A stretch of DNA of 64,000 bases from an uncultured Candidatus Saccharibacteria bacterium (GTDB taxonomy: Bacteria; Patescibacteriota; Minisyncoccia; UBA6257; Colwellbacteraceae), in NCBI GenBank assembly GCA_964360065.1, contig CAYHTW010000003.1, forward strand, positions 44,853 through 108,852, in the 5' to 3' direction. The notes below the pieces were generated by a model. The model was not told where the DNA came from. It worked only from the letters and a program-made list of their open reading frames with translations, and did no database searches. The stretch's first letter is position 1, and every line of letters starts with the position of its first letter. Shown here piece after piece: positions 10,636-20,199 of this stretch. A program made the position numbers and the translations under genes.

Positions 10636-11406
10636 TTAATTATTTGCGACTTTTGAAGATTTTATCTTATACGCGTCCCGCCACAGCCAAAGTCTCACCT
10701 TCATTGTCTCGGCAAGAACCTTGATGTAGGCCGACAATTTCACTTGAGATCTTAAATCATTTACCCAAACCACTGGTATCTCTTTTGTTCGGCAACCTAA
10801 CGCTTTAGAAAGTGTTAGTATCTCTACATCAAACCCCCAGCCATTGATTCTTTGGAGTGGGAAAACTTTTTTGGCGGCAGCTCCTGTGAAACACTTAAAA
10901 CCACACTGAGTGTCCCAAATGCCAGGTAAAAGCAAAACTTGAATGAAAATATTACCGGCGTTCCCCAAGATTCTTTTGTAAAAAGGTTGGGCCGGATGCA
11001 GTTCGGCGCCCTTCACGTCTCTAGAACCTATCACCACGTCGTATCCCTCTCGGAAGTATGGAATCATGTTCTCAAATTGATCCACCGTAGTGGAGTTATC
11101 TGCATCCATAAAAAGCCTGTAGTCGCCCCTGGCTTCAAGCATACCTTGTTTGACTACCCCTCCTTTACCTTTATTTTTTTCGTTATCTACCAAACGCAAA
11201 TTTTTAACTATATGAGAGAAACGCCTCACCATCTCCGCGGTTCCATCAGTAGAACCATCGTTAATGACTAGGATTTCATAAGAATATTTAACCCGTGCGA
11301 GTTTGGAATCTATATCTATCAAAGTTTCCGGCAGTCTCTTGACCTCATTATAAGCCGGAATAATTACCGAGAGATAAGGATTTTTAGTCATTTTGGTCTT
11401 TTCCAT
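10636..11406 (-). CDS. GT2 family glycosyltransferase, polyprenol-phosphate mannose/glucose synthase-like (Dpm1/Ppm1-like)
   Basis: 256 aa; LSVIIPAYNE...VINDGSTDGTAEMV...DADNS (DxD) is typical of GT2 polyisoprenyl-phosphate glycosyltransferases. Confidence 0.8.
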   Translation of the reverse strand: MEKTKMTKNPYLSVIIPAYNEVKRLPETLIDIDSKLARVKYSYEILVINDGSTDGTAEMVRRFSHIVKNLRLVDNEKNKGKGGVVKQGMLEARGDYRLFMDADNSTTVDQFENMIPYFREGYDVVIGSRDVKGAELHPAQPFYKRILGNAGNIFIQVLLLPGIWDTQCGFKCFTGAAAKKVFPLQRINGWGFDVEILTLSKALGCRTKEIPVVWVNDLRSQVKLSAYIKVLAETMKVRLWLWRDAYKIKSSKVANN

Positions 11407-11797
11407 TATAAATCAGTTTCTGGAATGTAGCCACGGTGAAGGCGCCAATGATGTCAAAGAAAAGATCTCCCATGGTGTCGGCCACACCCTGCTGAGCTGG
11501 TCTCAAGCCGTTGCCAATAGCAACTAATCCGTAAGTAAACTCGGTAAATTCCCAGACCACTCCCATTAAGGCTCCGAAACTTACTATTAAAAGCGCTCTG
11601 GCCCAAAAGTTGCTGGGCAACTTAAACTGTTGAGGATACATCTCAACAAGCCAGAGAAAAACTAAACCTACCAAAACACCTCCCGAAAAATGCATGGGGA
11701 TATCTACCCAACGAATCTTCCAATAAAGAGAATAAAAAACTGCCGTGAAGTGAACACCAAATAAAACTAAACCTAGCGAGATTACCTTTTTCGCCAT
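11384..11797 (-). CDS. Hypothetical small membrane protein (about 4 TM)
   Basis: 137 aa, hydrophobic. Overlaps the GT2 start by 23 nt. Confidence 0.45.
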   Translation of the reverse strand: MAKKVISLGLVLFGVHFTAVFYSLYWKIRWVDIPMHFSGGVLVGLVFLWLVEMYPQQFKLPSNFWARALLIVSFGALMGVVWEFTEFTYGLVAIGNGLRPAQQGVADTMGDLFFDIIGAFTVATFQKLIYNGKDQND

Positions 11798-12204
11798 TGC
11801 TGACCTCTCCTCGCTTTCCTTAAGCCGTACTTCTTTCTTTCCACGGCTCTCGCGTCACGAGTTAAATAACCCATGACTCTCATCTCTTTCTTTAAATCCG
11901 GCAACCACTTAACGATGGCTCGGGCGAGTCCTAACCGTACGGCTTCGGCCTGGCCTTTAACGCCGCCTCCCGTAACTTTAACTTCTGCTTTTTTGATTGA
12001 TTTCAGCTCTCCCCCAAGAGCCTTGAGGGGCGCAAAAGCGCTGACCTGGCATCTTATTGTCTGGAAGTAATTCTCATAAGGTTTGCCGTTAACAATTAAA
12101 ACTCCATTACCAACTGGTCCTTCATTAAAAATCCTAACTCTAGCCGAAGCAGTTTTCCTGCGACCAACACTTTCAAAATATTTATATTTCTTGCCTTTTT
12201 CCAT
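11782..12204 (-). CDS. rpsI: 30S ribosomal protein S9
   Basis: GRRKTASARVRI...YGLRKARRGQQWRKR C-terminus is typical of S9. Confidence 0.9.
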   Translation of the reverse strand: MEKGKKYKYFESVGRRKTASARVRIFNEGPVGNGVLIVNGKPYENYFQTIRCQVSAFAPLKALGGELKSIKKAEVKVTGGGVKGQAEAVRLGLARAIVKWLPDLKKEMRVMGYLTRDARAVERKKYGLRKARRGQQWRKR

Positions 12205-12205
12205 A

Positions 12206-12550
12206 TTATTTTTCCACTATCAACATCTTCAATCTATTTGGCAAAAGTTTATTCTTGGGCAACATGCCTTTAACGGCGTGCTTCAAAACCCATTCTGCGT
12301 TTCGGGCTACGGCCTGCTCCAAAGTCCTGCTCTTTAGGTGACCCATATAGCCAGTGTGTCGGTGATACATCTTATCGGTAAGTTTCTTTCCAGTGAACTT
12401 AACCTCTTTAAAATTCTTCACCAACACCTTAACGCCACCAGGTTTATTGGGCTGGTAAGAAGAAGTATGCTTGCCCTGCAATATCTGGGCGGCAAGACTT
12501 GCAATTCTTCCAATACTCTTATTTTTAGCGTCTATGATAATTTCGTTCAT
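12206..12550 (-). CDS. rplM: 50S ribosomal protein L13
   Basis: 114 aa; IIDAKNKSIGRIASLAAQILQGKH... is L13-like. Confidence 0.92.
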   Translation of the reverse strand: MNEIIIDAKNKSIGRIASLAAQILQGKHTSSYQPNKPGGVKVLVKNFKEVKFTGKKLTDKMYHRHTGYMGHLKSRTLEQAVARNAEWVLKHAVKGMLPKNKLLPNRLKMLIVEK

Positions 12551-12551
12551 G

Positions 12552-12905
12552 TTACTTTACAAATTCTATAATAGCTACCGGAGCGGCATCTCTCTTCCTT
12601 CTATGAGCTGTCTTAATAATCCTAATATAACCTCCTTTCCTGCTTTGATATTTCGGCGATATTTCGTAATACAGCTTATTAGCTGACTTCTCTGGAAGTC
12701 TGGCAAGTAGAAGTCGAAGTGATGCTAAGTCCTGCTTTTTAGCTAGTGTGAGCAACTTCTCTGTCTTAGGTCTTATTTCTTTGGCTCTGGCTTCGGTTGT
12801 CTTAATAGACTCCTTCATTACAAGATTATGAATCAAGCCGGAGATAAAACTTTTTCTCCTGCCCCTGATCCTGCCAAATTTTCTACCTTTAACACCGTGC
12901 CTCAT
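12552..12905 (-). CDS. rplQ: 50S ribosomal protein L17
   Basis: MRHGVKGRKFGRIRGRRKSF...IKTTEARAKE is the L17 signature. Confidence 0.92.
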   Translation of the reverse strand: MRHGVKGRKFGRIRGRRKSFISGLIHNLVMKESIKTTEARAKEIRPKTEKLLTLAKKQDLASLRLLLARLPEKSANKLYYEISPKYQSRKGGYIRIIKTAHRRKRDAAPVAIIEFVK

Positions 12906-12915
12906 AGTTTCTGTA

Positions 12916-13683
12916 TTACTCTACGATTTCTTTTTCTTTCTTCACCTTCTTTTTAGGCTTAACTTCAGTCACGGCTCCAGCATCTTCCTTAATATCAATA
13001 TCAGCAATACGTTTGAAGTGGTCCAGAAGAATGTCAGCTGCTTTGTGAACTGCCCTGGATGGAGAAATAGTTCCGTCTGTTTCTACTTCAAGGATAACTT
13101 TGTTGTAGTCAGTTTTATCTCCTACGCGCATATTTTCTACGGTAAAGTTAACGGCCATAACTGGTGAGAAAATGGCGTCCAAGGCCATGGTACCAATCGG
13201 AAGCTTTTCTATTTTCTGGTTTTCTACTGGCACATAACCCAACCCTTTCTCTACGGTTATTTCTACGTCAATCTCGGCATCTTTAGAACTTAAAGTAGCG
13301 ATACGCAATTCTGGGTTAGCCACTTTCACATCGGCGTTGCCCTTAATGTCGGCAGCGGTAACTTCTTTTTCTCCCTTGATCTTCAGGCTCAAAATCTGAG
13401 GCTCATCGGCGTAAAAGTTAAACCTAACTCTCTTCAGGTTAAGGCCGAACTCTACCACATCTTCCACTACTCCGGGAATGGTAGTAAATTCATGTTTCAC
13501 TCCCTTAATTTTAAATCTGGTAATAGCGGCTCCGGGAAGAGACGAAAGAAGAACTCTACGGATAGCGTTGCCTACAGTTAAACCATAACCCCTGTAAAGA
13601 CCTTCAATGGCAAAAACTCCTTTTTTGCCGTCCTCGGAAACTCTCTTAACTGATACGCTTTCACTTAAATAGGCGAATTGCAT
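12916..13683 (-). CDS. rpoA: DNA-directed RNA polymerase subunit alpha, short form (N-terminal domain only, 255 aa)
   Basis: VGNAIRRVLLSSLPGAAITRFKIKGVKHEFTTIPGVVEDVVEFGLNLK matches the alpha NTD. The ORF terminates in a Lys-rich tail (KPKKKVKKEKEIVE) 10 nt before rplQ, with no room for an alpha-CTD. Confidence 0.9.
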   Translation of the reverse strand: MQFAYLSESVSVKRVSEDGKKGVFAIEGLYRGYGLTVGNAIRRVLLSSLPGAAITRFKIKGVKHEFTTIPGVVEDVVEFGLNLKRVRFNFYADEPQILSLKIKGEKEVTAADIKGNADVKVANPELRIATLSSKDAEIDVEITVEKGLGYVPVENQKIEKLPIGTMALDAIFSPVMAVNFTVENMRVGDKTDYNKVILEVETDGTISPSRAVHKAADILLDHFKRIADIDIKEDAGAVTEVKPKKKVKKEKEIVE

Positions 13684-13698
13684 TAGTTTATTTTATTT

Positions 13699-14313
13699 TT
13701 ATGAATAGTAGTCGACGACTATGTTTATATCAAATACCTGTGGCACATCTGCGGGCTTAGCCAAAACCTCAGCCGAGAGAGTCATGGGATCCAACTTAAG
13801 CCAAGTTGGAACCTCAAATCCTTTCAATTTCTCGGGTAAATCCTTGAGGGTGCCGTGATTCCTGGATTGCTCCCTGACCGCAATCTTATCTCCGACCCTA
13901 ACCCTTAATGAAGGAATAGTGACTCTCCTGCCGTTAACAGTAATGTGGCCGTGGCCTACAATCTGCTTGGATGAGCTTCTGGAAGGCGCAAAGCCAAGCC
14001 TGTAAATAACGTTATCCAAACGGGATTCTAAAATACCCAATACTTCCTCGGAAGTTACTCCTGGTTTCCTGAAAGATTCCACGAAAACTTTAGCCAACTG
14101 CCTCTCGGTTAGGCCATAAGAGAACTTTAATTTCTGTTTCTCGCGAAGCTGGATGCCGAACTCGGAAACCTTCCTTCTTCCTCTTGTCTTACCGTGCTGC
14201 CCTGGCCTGTATGGCTTTCTTAAAAGTGCGCTCTTCGGTGAATTAGCGCGGTCTCCCTTGATAGAAAGCTTCACGCCTAAACTCCTCTCCTTTTTCTCTA
14301 AGATTTTTTGCAT
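13699..14313 (-). CDS. rpsD: 30S ribosomal protein S4
   Basis: 204 aa; LSEFGIQLREKQKLKFSYGLTERQ and the S4 RNA-binding domain. Confidence 0.92.
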   Translation of the reverse strand: MQKILEKKERSLGVKLSIKGDRANSPKSALLRKPYRPGQHGKTRGRRKVSEFGIQLREKQKLKFSYGLTERQLAKVFVESFRKPGVTSEEVLGILESRLDNVIYRLGFAPSRSSSKQIVGHGHITVNGRRVTIPSLRVRVGDKIAVREQSRNHGTLKDLPEKLKGFEVPTWLKLDPMTLSAEVLAKPADVPQVFDINIVVDYYS

Positions 14314-14371
14314 GCCAATTTTGTTTAAATTTTTAAATTTATTTGTAGCGATGGAAATTTAATCACAAAAT

Positions 14372-14477
14372 TGAGCACCGAGCACTCAGTACCAACCAAT
14401 TGATATTGATTATTTATTTTTTGATTGATCATTATTTTCATAGTTTTATTCTGTAATTTATATGCTGAGTGCTCGGT
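14372..14477. repeat. Intergenic element bounded by inverted repeats TGAGCACCGAGCACTCAGTAC ... CTGAGTGCTCGGT with a ~70-nt AT-rich interior (copy 1; copy 2 at 52603-52702)
   Basis: The 21-nt left arm is identical in both copies. The right arm is its reverse complement (13/13 here). The interior sequences differ between copies. Confidence 0.85.
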
Positions 14478-14493
14478 AAGGGTTACCAAACCC

Positions 14494-14931
14494 TTATATT
14501 CTTCTGGATTTTGGAGGCTTAGGACCGTTGTGCGGAATCGGGGTTACGTCCCTGATGGATAAAATATTAAATCCAGAATTAGCCAAAGACCTAATAGCTG
14601 AATCCCTGCCTGAACCCACACCTGAAACAATAACCTCAATATCAACTGGGCCGGTCTTAGCTACCTTCTCACTTATGGCCGCTATTATTTTAGAGGCTGC
14701 GAAAGGAGTGGCTTTCTTAGGACCGGAGAAACCGAGAGAACCAGCAGTGGCCCAGGCTAAAACACCTCCCCTATCGTCTGTAATTGTAATTATGGTGTTG
14801 TTGTAAGAGGCTTTAATATAAACCCTACCGGAGCTTACTTTCCTACCTTCTTTCTTAGGGGCGACTACCTTAACAGTCTCTGTTCCCTTCTCCGCTTCCG
14901 CGGTCTTATTGGTAACTTTCTTCTGCCCCAT
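14494..14931 (-). CDS. rpsK: 30S ribosomal protein S11 (with a Lys-rich N-terminal extension)
   Basis: GRVYIKASYNNTIITITDDRGGVLAWATAGSLGFSGPKKATPFAA is S11. Confidence 0.92.
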   Translation of the reverse strand: MGQKKVTNKTAEAEKGTETVKVVAPKKEGRKVSSGRVYIKASYNNTIITITDDRGGVLAWATAGSLGFSGPKKATPFAASKIIAAISEKVAKTGPVDIEVIVSGVGSGRDSAIRSLANSGFNILSIRDVTPIPHNGPKPPKSRRI

Positions 14932-14932
14932 G

Positions 14933-15316
14933 TTATTTCAAATCAACTTTTCTCTTACCGCTTCCGGCAGTATGCCTGACATTACCTCTAACAGTTCTGG
15001 AATTAGTCTTGGTCCTTTGGCCCCTAACTGGCAATCTCTTCATGTGCCTAATACCCCTGTAAGCTTTGATTTCCTTTAATCTCCCAATATTCGTCTTTAA
15101 AACTTGTCTCAATTCTCCCTCTATTTTATAAGTCTTTTCTAATTCGTTTTTAATACGGTCAACCTCTTCGGGTTTCAATCCCTTAGCGCGCTTGGTCGGG
15201 TTTATCTTGGTAACCACACAAATTCTCTGGGCTGATGTCGTACCGATTCCATATACATAAGTAAGCGCTATATCAATGCGCTTCTCATCTGGTATGTTAA
15301 CTCCTACTAATCTCAT
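14933..15316 (-). CDS. rpsM: 30S ribosomal protein S13
   Basis: [25 protein letters not shown]...YRGIRHMKRLPVRGQRTKTN is S13. Confidence 0.92.
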   Translation of the reverse strand: MRLVGVNIPDEKRIDIALTYVYGIGTTSAQRICVVTKINPTKRAKGLKPEEVDRIKNELEKTYKIEGELRQVLKTNIGRLKEIKAYRGIRHMKRLPVRGQRTKTNSRTVRGNVRHTAGSGKRKVDLK

Positions 15317-15429
15317 TATCCTTGTCTTTGTTTATGCTTCGAATTTTTACACACTACATAAATCCGCCCCTTTCTTCGGACGGTTTTACAACTATCGCAA
15401 ATCTTTTTTACAGAGGCTCTAACCTTCAT
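15316..15429 (-). CDS. rpmJ: 50S ribosomal protein L36 (37 aa)
   Basis: Not in the ORF track (too short). Manual translation gives [37 protein letters not shown] with the L36 zinc-ribbon CxxC...C...H. Its stop overlaps the rpsM start by 1 nt, and it begins 4 nt after the infA stop. Confidence 0.9.
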   Translation of the reverse strand: MKVRASVKKICDSCKTVRRKGRIYVVCKNSKHKQRQG

Positions 15430-15433
15430 TATT

Positions 15434-15634
15434 TTATAACCGTCTTATAATCCTGCCTCGCTTTTCGTCATACTCGCTGAACTCCACGATAACTTTATCT
15501 CCAACCAAAATCTTGATGCGATACATCCTAATCTTTCCAGAGATATAAGCTAAAACTTCCCGGTCATTATCCAGTTTGACTCTAAAAGTAGCTCCAGGAA
15601 GGGCTTCTAAGACAATTCCGTTTATCTTTTCCAA
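15434..15634 (-). CDS. infA: Translation initiation factor IF-1
   Basis: 66 aa S1-like OB fold; [31 protein letters not shown] is typical of IF-1. Confidence 0.9.
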   Translation of the reverse strand: MEKINGIVLEALPGATFRVKLDNDREVLAYISGKIRMYRIKILVGDKVIVEFSEYDEKRGRIIRRL

Positions 15635-15648
15635 CGGAGGCTATATTA

Positions 15649-17277
15649 TCACGGAACGTAACTAACGTCAACGACTATTTTAGAAGTGTCGGTGGGTGAT
15701 CGGAACACCCAGATCGGCCAGAAAGACACTTCCCCAGAAACAAAGCCAGGCAAGCCATAGATAGTACTTGTAATGTCAGTTTTACCTTTGCCAGCCACTT
15801 TGTTTTTAAAATCATTCCTATCAAACGATCTTACCCAGTTGGACTTAAAGTTTAGGTTAAAGCTCATAGTCCCGTTTTTGAGATTCAAAACAGGGTCGCC
15901 ATAACCAGCGTCGGACTGCTGTAACGAATAATCGTGAAGTACCAAATCAACGTCAGATTGGGCCGCAACTTGGCTTGCAAAAGCCACGAGTAAGTCGCTT
16001 TCTTTAAATCCAAAAGTTTTAAGTTCTCCGGACATTAGGATGGTGAACTTACCGTCGGCACCCGCTTCTTTACTAACAGTCTCACTAACCACTCGGAAAT
16101 TGTAAGCCTTGGGCAACATCTTAACGCCGTCTGGCACTTTAACGAATGTCTGCCCTCTTAAGTTACTCTCTAAAGTACTTTTAATATCCGATTCGGCTTT
16201 AGCTATATCATCTTTGGTTGGGACTTTGATATCTCCGACTATTCCGCCCGCCATGGGAGTAGTAGAAATTCCATAAAAAGCATCGTACTTAGGAGTACCT
16301 TGGAAACCAGAAATTCTGAATTTTGAAGTAGGAGCTATATTATAATCTGATCCTGTCTTCTCGGCTGTCACGGCCACATTTATTTGTGAACCGGAAATCT
16401 TGCCGTCAACAATTTTAGCTCCAGGAATGGTTATTTTTGTGTTAATTTTAAAAATCTTACCGTCCGGAGCAGAAAATCTAGTGCCAACTACGAGCGCCTG
16501 CGCCTCGGAACTATACTCGTTGTAAACTGTTATTGTTCCGACGGCTTTACGCTCCACACGCTTACTGCCAGAGGCTGGATAGGAAACCTGTAAGTTGCCT
16601 GGGTTAGTGAAAACTTGGCCAGGTAACTGAATGGAACTTTCCTGCACCGCCACACTGCTCCTGGACGCGGAAACAGTAACCATACCGTTAAAATCCCACG
16701 GAGTTTTCTTAAAAGTCAGATTAATGTCTGCTTTGGGCAAAACAAAGAAGGCTAGCCAACCGAAAAAAATTACTACAGAAATAAGTGCTAACCACCTGAT
16801 AATTCTTGTAAGTAACGTTGCCACTACCCTCGGTTTCTCTTCTGCTTTTGGTTCAGTCCCCCAAAGTCCAGAAGCCCCCTGCTTAGAAGTTAATGCGTAA
16901 CCCGAGACTCTAGTTTTTTCTTTATGCTCTATATTAGTTTCTGGTTCAGATTCTTCTTCTTTGTCTTCTTTAAGTTTTACTGTCCCCGGTTCTTTGACAA
17001 TAATATCCGCCACCAACTTCTTTCTGCCAAAAAATGGATTCAAAGCCTTCATATCAAAAGCCTTGGCCAGTTCCAAAACGTCATCGTCAACCGATTCAAA
17101 GGAAACTGTTTTCCCCGCTGCTTCAGATTCCCTTTTTAAAAGCTTAAAATTATTTCTAATACTAAAAGAGACAGAGCCTCGTGGAACATAAAGAACGATA
17201 TCTTTTTCAGACGCTTTGATTACCTTTTCTATAACTAAAGTTATTGGATCGGTTTTACCGACGTAAATCTTTTTCAT
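15649..17277 (-). CDS. Hypothetical bitopic membrane protein (cytoplasmic N-domain, one TM, ~350-aa extracytoplasmic beta-rich domain)
   Basis: 542 aa; TM segment VVATLLTRIIRWLALISVVIFFGWLAFFVL around residue 165. No recognisable family. Confidence 0.5.
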   Translation of the reverse strand: MKKIYVGKTDPITLVIEKVIKASEKDIVLYVPRGSVSFSIRNNFKLLKRESEAAGKTVSFESVDDDVLELAKAFDMKALNPFFGRKKLVADIIVKEPGTVKLKEDKEEESEPETNIEHKEKTRVSGYALTSKQGASGLWGTEPKAEEKPRVVATLLTRIIRWLALISVVIFFGWLAFFVLPKADINLTFKKTPWDFNGMVTVSASRSSVAVQESSIQLPGQVFTNPGNLQVSYPASGSKRVERKAVGTITVYNEYSSEAQALVVGTRFSAPDGKIFKINTKITIPGAKIVDGKISGSQINVAVTAEKTGSDYNIAPTSKFRISGFQGTPKYDAFYGISTTPMAGGIVGDIKVPTKDDIAKAESDIKSTLESNLRGQTFVKVPDGVKMLPKAYNFRVVSETVSKEAGADGKFTILMSGELKTFGFKESDLLVAFASQVAAQSDVDLVLHDYSLQQSDAGYGDPVLNLKNGTMSFNLNFKSNWVRSFDRNDFKNKVAGKGKTDITSTIYGLPGFVSGEVSFWPIWVFRSPTDTSKIVVDVSYVP

Positions 17278-17280
17278 ACT

Positions 17281-18192
17281 TCAAGGCATTAACCACTTGA
17301 TTCTCCTTTTAGCAATACTATTTAACCATTCATAGGAGACGTAGGGAGTATTATACGCCAAATCTTCTATATTTATTCTCTCTTGTAGCAGACAGAGCCT
17401 GGCCCTCCTATTACCTATACAAACCGACTTCTTCCCGATGGCATCCGGTAGTGGGAACTGCATTTTGATATATATCGGAGGTAGTTTTTTTAACTCCCTA
17501 GTAGACACGTCACGGAGGCTAAGCGTTGCCCCATCCATAAATCTCTTAAAAACTTCCGCAAACAGTTTTTCCAACTTCGCCGTCACTGGCTCGGATAGAT
17601 TCCCGGCTAAGAACTTATGGTAGATAGACCAGGCAGCTTCCTCGGGAACAGCAAAGTTATCCCCAAAAATTTTAATAATATCCTGCCTCCCCCAAACAAA
17701 TTCCCTAATATGAGCGGCTCCCCCCGGAGAGACATAGAAGAAGCTAGTTACTTCTTCTCCTGGCTCAACGTAGAGCAGATTGGGGATGTTTAGTTTTCTG
17801 GAAAGGAGATATGCAGCCACGCTCCCAGTCTCCAACATCTCCACACTCTCTTTTTCTTCTGCCGTTCTCTCTCCCGTGACACCTCTTTTCACCATAGTTA
17901 TGCAAAGTGATATTTGCACATTCTTACCGGCAAAGCCATGGGCGCTTATAACTTCGTGCCCATCAACTTTTATTCCTACTACTCTGACTCCCGCAAGTAC
18001 CAAGTCGGCCTCCTCTACATTCAATCGTCCGGCAGCGAGGCTTCTCAAAGCATCGAAAGACTTCCAAACTGCCTTAGAAAGATAGTTTTCTAGATCAGCC
18101 TCATTTATTTCTCCACGAGATTGGTGAGGTAAATCAACCGAATAAAATACGGTAACCGCTGTATTAGAATCAAGTCCGATAACTTTAATCAC
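17281..18192 (-). CDS. Hypothetical protein, possibly ASKHA (actin/Ppx-GppA-like) ATPase fold
   Basis: 303 aa. The N-terminus IKVIGLDSNTAVTV resembles the phosphate-1 motif of ASKHA enzymes (DLGSNS in Ppx/GppA). TGERTAEEKE and VSPGGAAH loosely resemble the SGEEEA and DIGGGST motifs. Weak. Confidence 0.35.
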   Translation of the reverse strand: MIKVIGLDSNTAVTVFYSVDLPHQSRGEINEADLENYLSKAVWKSFDALRSLAAGRLNVEEADLVLAGVRVVGIKVDGHEVISAHGFAGKNVQISLCITMVKRGVTGERTAEEKESVEMLETGSVAAYLLSRKLNIPNLLYVEPGEEVTSFFYVSPGGAAHIREFVWGRQDIIKIFGDNFAVPEEAAWSIYHKFLAGNLSEPVTAKLEKLFAEVFKRFMDGATLSLRDVSTRELKKLPPIYIKMQFPLPDAIGKKSVCIGNRRARLCLLQERINIEDLAYNTPYVSYEWLNSIAKRRIKWLMP

Positions 18193-18261
18193 TAAAAGAA
18201 TTATAAGTCATGAGCACCCCTCTGGTCTAACTTACGGCTGGGCGGTTATAAAAATTTCCGT

Positions 18262-20199
18262 CTACTCTAAAACTGCTTTTATTCTTCTCACGCCTGCCGA
18301 AACTGCCTCTTCTTTCAATATTCTGAAGTGCCCCAGTTCGCCGGTGTTAGTCACGTGAGGCCCTCCGCAGAATTCCTTGCTAAAAATATTGCCTTTATTA
18401 TCTTCAAGAAAATAAACTGAAACCATCTCTCCGTATTTAGCTCCAAACTCCATCTCGGCTCCGATACGCTCCGCTTCTTCCATCCGCATTTCGCGCCTCG
18501 TCATGCTTAAGTGCTCTTTTATTTTTTCATTAACAATGTCTTCAACTTTCTTCAATTCTTCCAGGGTAACTTTCTGCGGATGAGAGAAATCAATACGCAG
18601 CCGTTCGGAAGTGATATTACTGCCCCTCTGCTTAACATTAGAGCCAAAAACCTGTTGTAGGGCAGCTAAGAGCAAGTGGTGGGCAGTATGTAGCCTGATG
18701 GTCTCTCCTTTAGTATCGGCTAGCCCGCCTTTAAACTTCTGTTCCACTCCGGCCTTTGAGATTTCTTGGTGTTTAGCCATCTCTTCCTTAAATCCTTTCA
18801 CATCTAATTCCAAACCACATTCTTTAGCTAATTCCTGAGTCATTTCTAAAGGGAAACCAAATGTCTGATAAAGAAAGAATACCGTATTGCCAGATAATCT
18901 TTTAATGAATTTTTCTGAGGGTTCTCTTTTTTTAGCAACATCTCCAAGGGCAGATGCAATATCTACCATACTTTCAAAGGCTTTTAATCCTCTTTCCAAA
19001 GTCTCCCTAAATCTCTTCTCCTCGGCTAAAGCTTCTTTTAGAATATCTTCTCTTTTTTCATTCAAGTCAGGATAAAAATCTTTATAAACCTCTATAACAT
19101 TATTTATCCCTGTTTTAAGAACACCATCTCCGTTACCCAGCTTATCTATATGTAGAATCGCCCGTCGTAAAAGTCGGCGGACTATATACCCTCTTTCGTT
19201 GCTAGAAGGTATAACTCCATCGGCCATAAGAAATGTGGCGGCACGAAGATGGTCGGCCACGATGCGAAACGATTTTGTGTATAAATTATCTCCATAAGAA
19301 GCATCGCTGCCATTATCGCCCAGAGCGGACTTTATACCAGCGATTATCTGGCCTAAGGTATCAATATTAAAAACATCCGGGTCGCCGTTCGATGCCGCAA
19401 TGATTCTTTCCAAGCCTCCGCCGAAATCCACATTTTTCTGGGGCAGCTTACCGAAAGAACTATCGGCGTTCTTGATATATTCCATAAAGACCGAGTTGCC
19501 TATTTCCATAAATCTGCCGCAATCGCAGTTAGGGTGGCACTCTTTGCCGAACTTCGTGTCGTGGGGTAAGCCAAAATCATAAAAAATCTCCGAGTCCGGT
19601 CCGCCAGGCTCTCCGATGGGCATATTTGCCGGCACGCCGGACCTGCTCCACCAGTTTTTCTTGGCATCATAGGCAAATATCCTGCCGCCTTGCATCCCAA
19701 GTTTGCTTCCATTTTCTTCGCTGCCCAACACGATTTCTTTCGCGTCTATTCCTTTTTCGCCGAACAACCTTTTCCATACTCCTATGGATTCTTCATCTTT
19801 TGGAATCCCGAGTAATTCATCACCGACAAATACCGTGACATACAAACGATTTGGGTCAAGTTTGAGTTCTTCGGTCAAAAACGCGAACACCCATGGCAAT
19901 TGCTCTTGTTTGAAATAATCTCCGAACGACCAGTTGCCCAACATTTCAAAGAAAGTGGTGTGACGATTATCACCCACTTCGTCTATGTCCATTGACCTAA
20001 AACACTTTTGTGAGTCAACCAGCTTCACTCCCATCGGGTGCTTCTCTCCCAATAAGTAAGTTATCAAAGGCTGCATGCCCGAACCGGTAAAAAGAGTGGT
20101 CGGATCATTTTCGGGGATGAGAGAGGCCGAAGGAATAATTTTGTGTCCCTGGCTTGAAAAAAACTTTAGATATTTTTCTCTGACGTCCTTGGAATTCAT
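18262..20199 (-). CDS. alaS: Alanyl-tRNA synthetase, short form (catalytic + tRNA-binding + editing domains, no C-Ala domain)
   Basis: 645 aa; the N-terminus [44 protein letters not shown] and editing-domain HTAHHLL and CGGPHV motifs are present. The ORF ends shortly after. Confidence 0.92.
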   Translation of the reverse strand: MNSKDVREKYLKFFSSQGHKIIPSASLIPENDPTTLFTGSGMQPLITYLLGEKHPMGVKLVDSQKCFRSMDIDEVGDNRHTTFFEMLGNWSFGDYFKQEQLPWVFAFLTEELKLDPNRLYVTVFVGDELLGIPKDEESIGVWKRLFGEKGIDAKEIVLGSEENGSKLGMQGGRIFAYDAKKNWWSRSGVPANMPIGEPGGPDSEIFYDFGLPHDTKFGKECHPNCDCGRFMEIGNSVFMEYIKNADSSFGKLPQKNVDFGGGLERIIAASNGDPDVFNIDTLGQIIAGIKSALGDNGSDASYGDNLYTKSFRIVADHLRAATFLMADGVIPSSNERGYIVRRLLRRAILHIDKLGNGDGVLKTGINNVIEVYKDFYPDLNEKREDILKEALAEEKRFRETLERGLKAFESMVDIASALGDVAKKREPSEKFIKRLSGNTVFFLYQTFGFPLEMTQELAKECGLELDVKGFKEEMAKHQEISKAGVEQKFKGGLADTKGETIRLHTAHHLLLAALQQVFGSNVKQRGSNITSERLRIDFSHPQKVTLEELKKVEDIVNEKIKEHLSMTRREMRMEEAERIGAEMEFGAKYGEMVSVYFLEDNKGNIFSKEFCGGPHVTNTGELGHFRILKEEAVSAGVRRIKAVLE

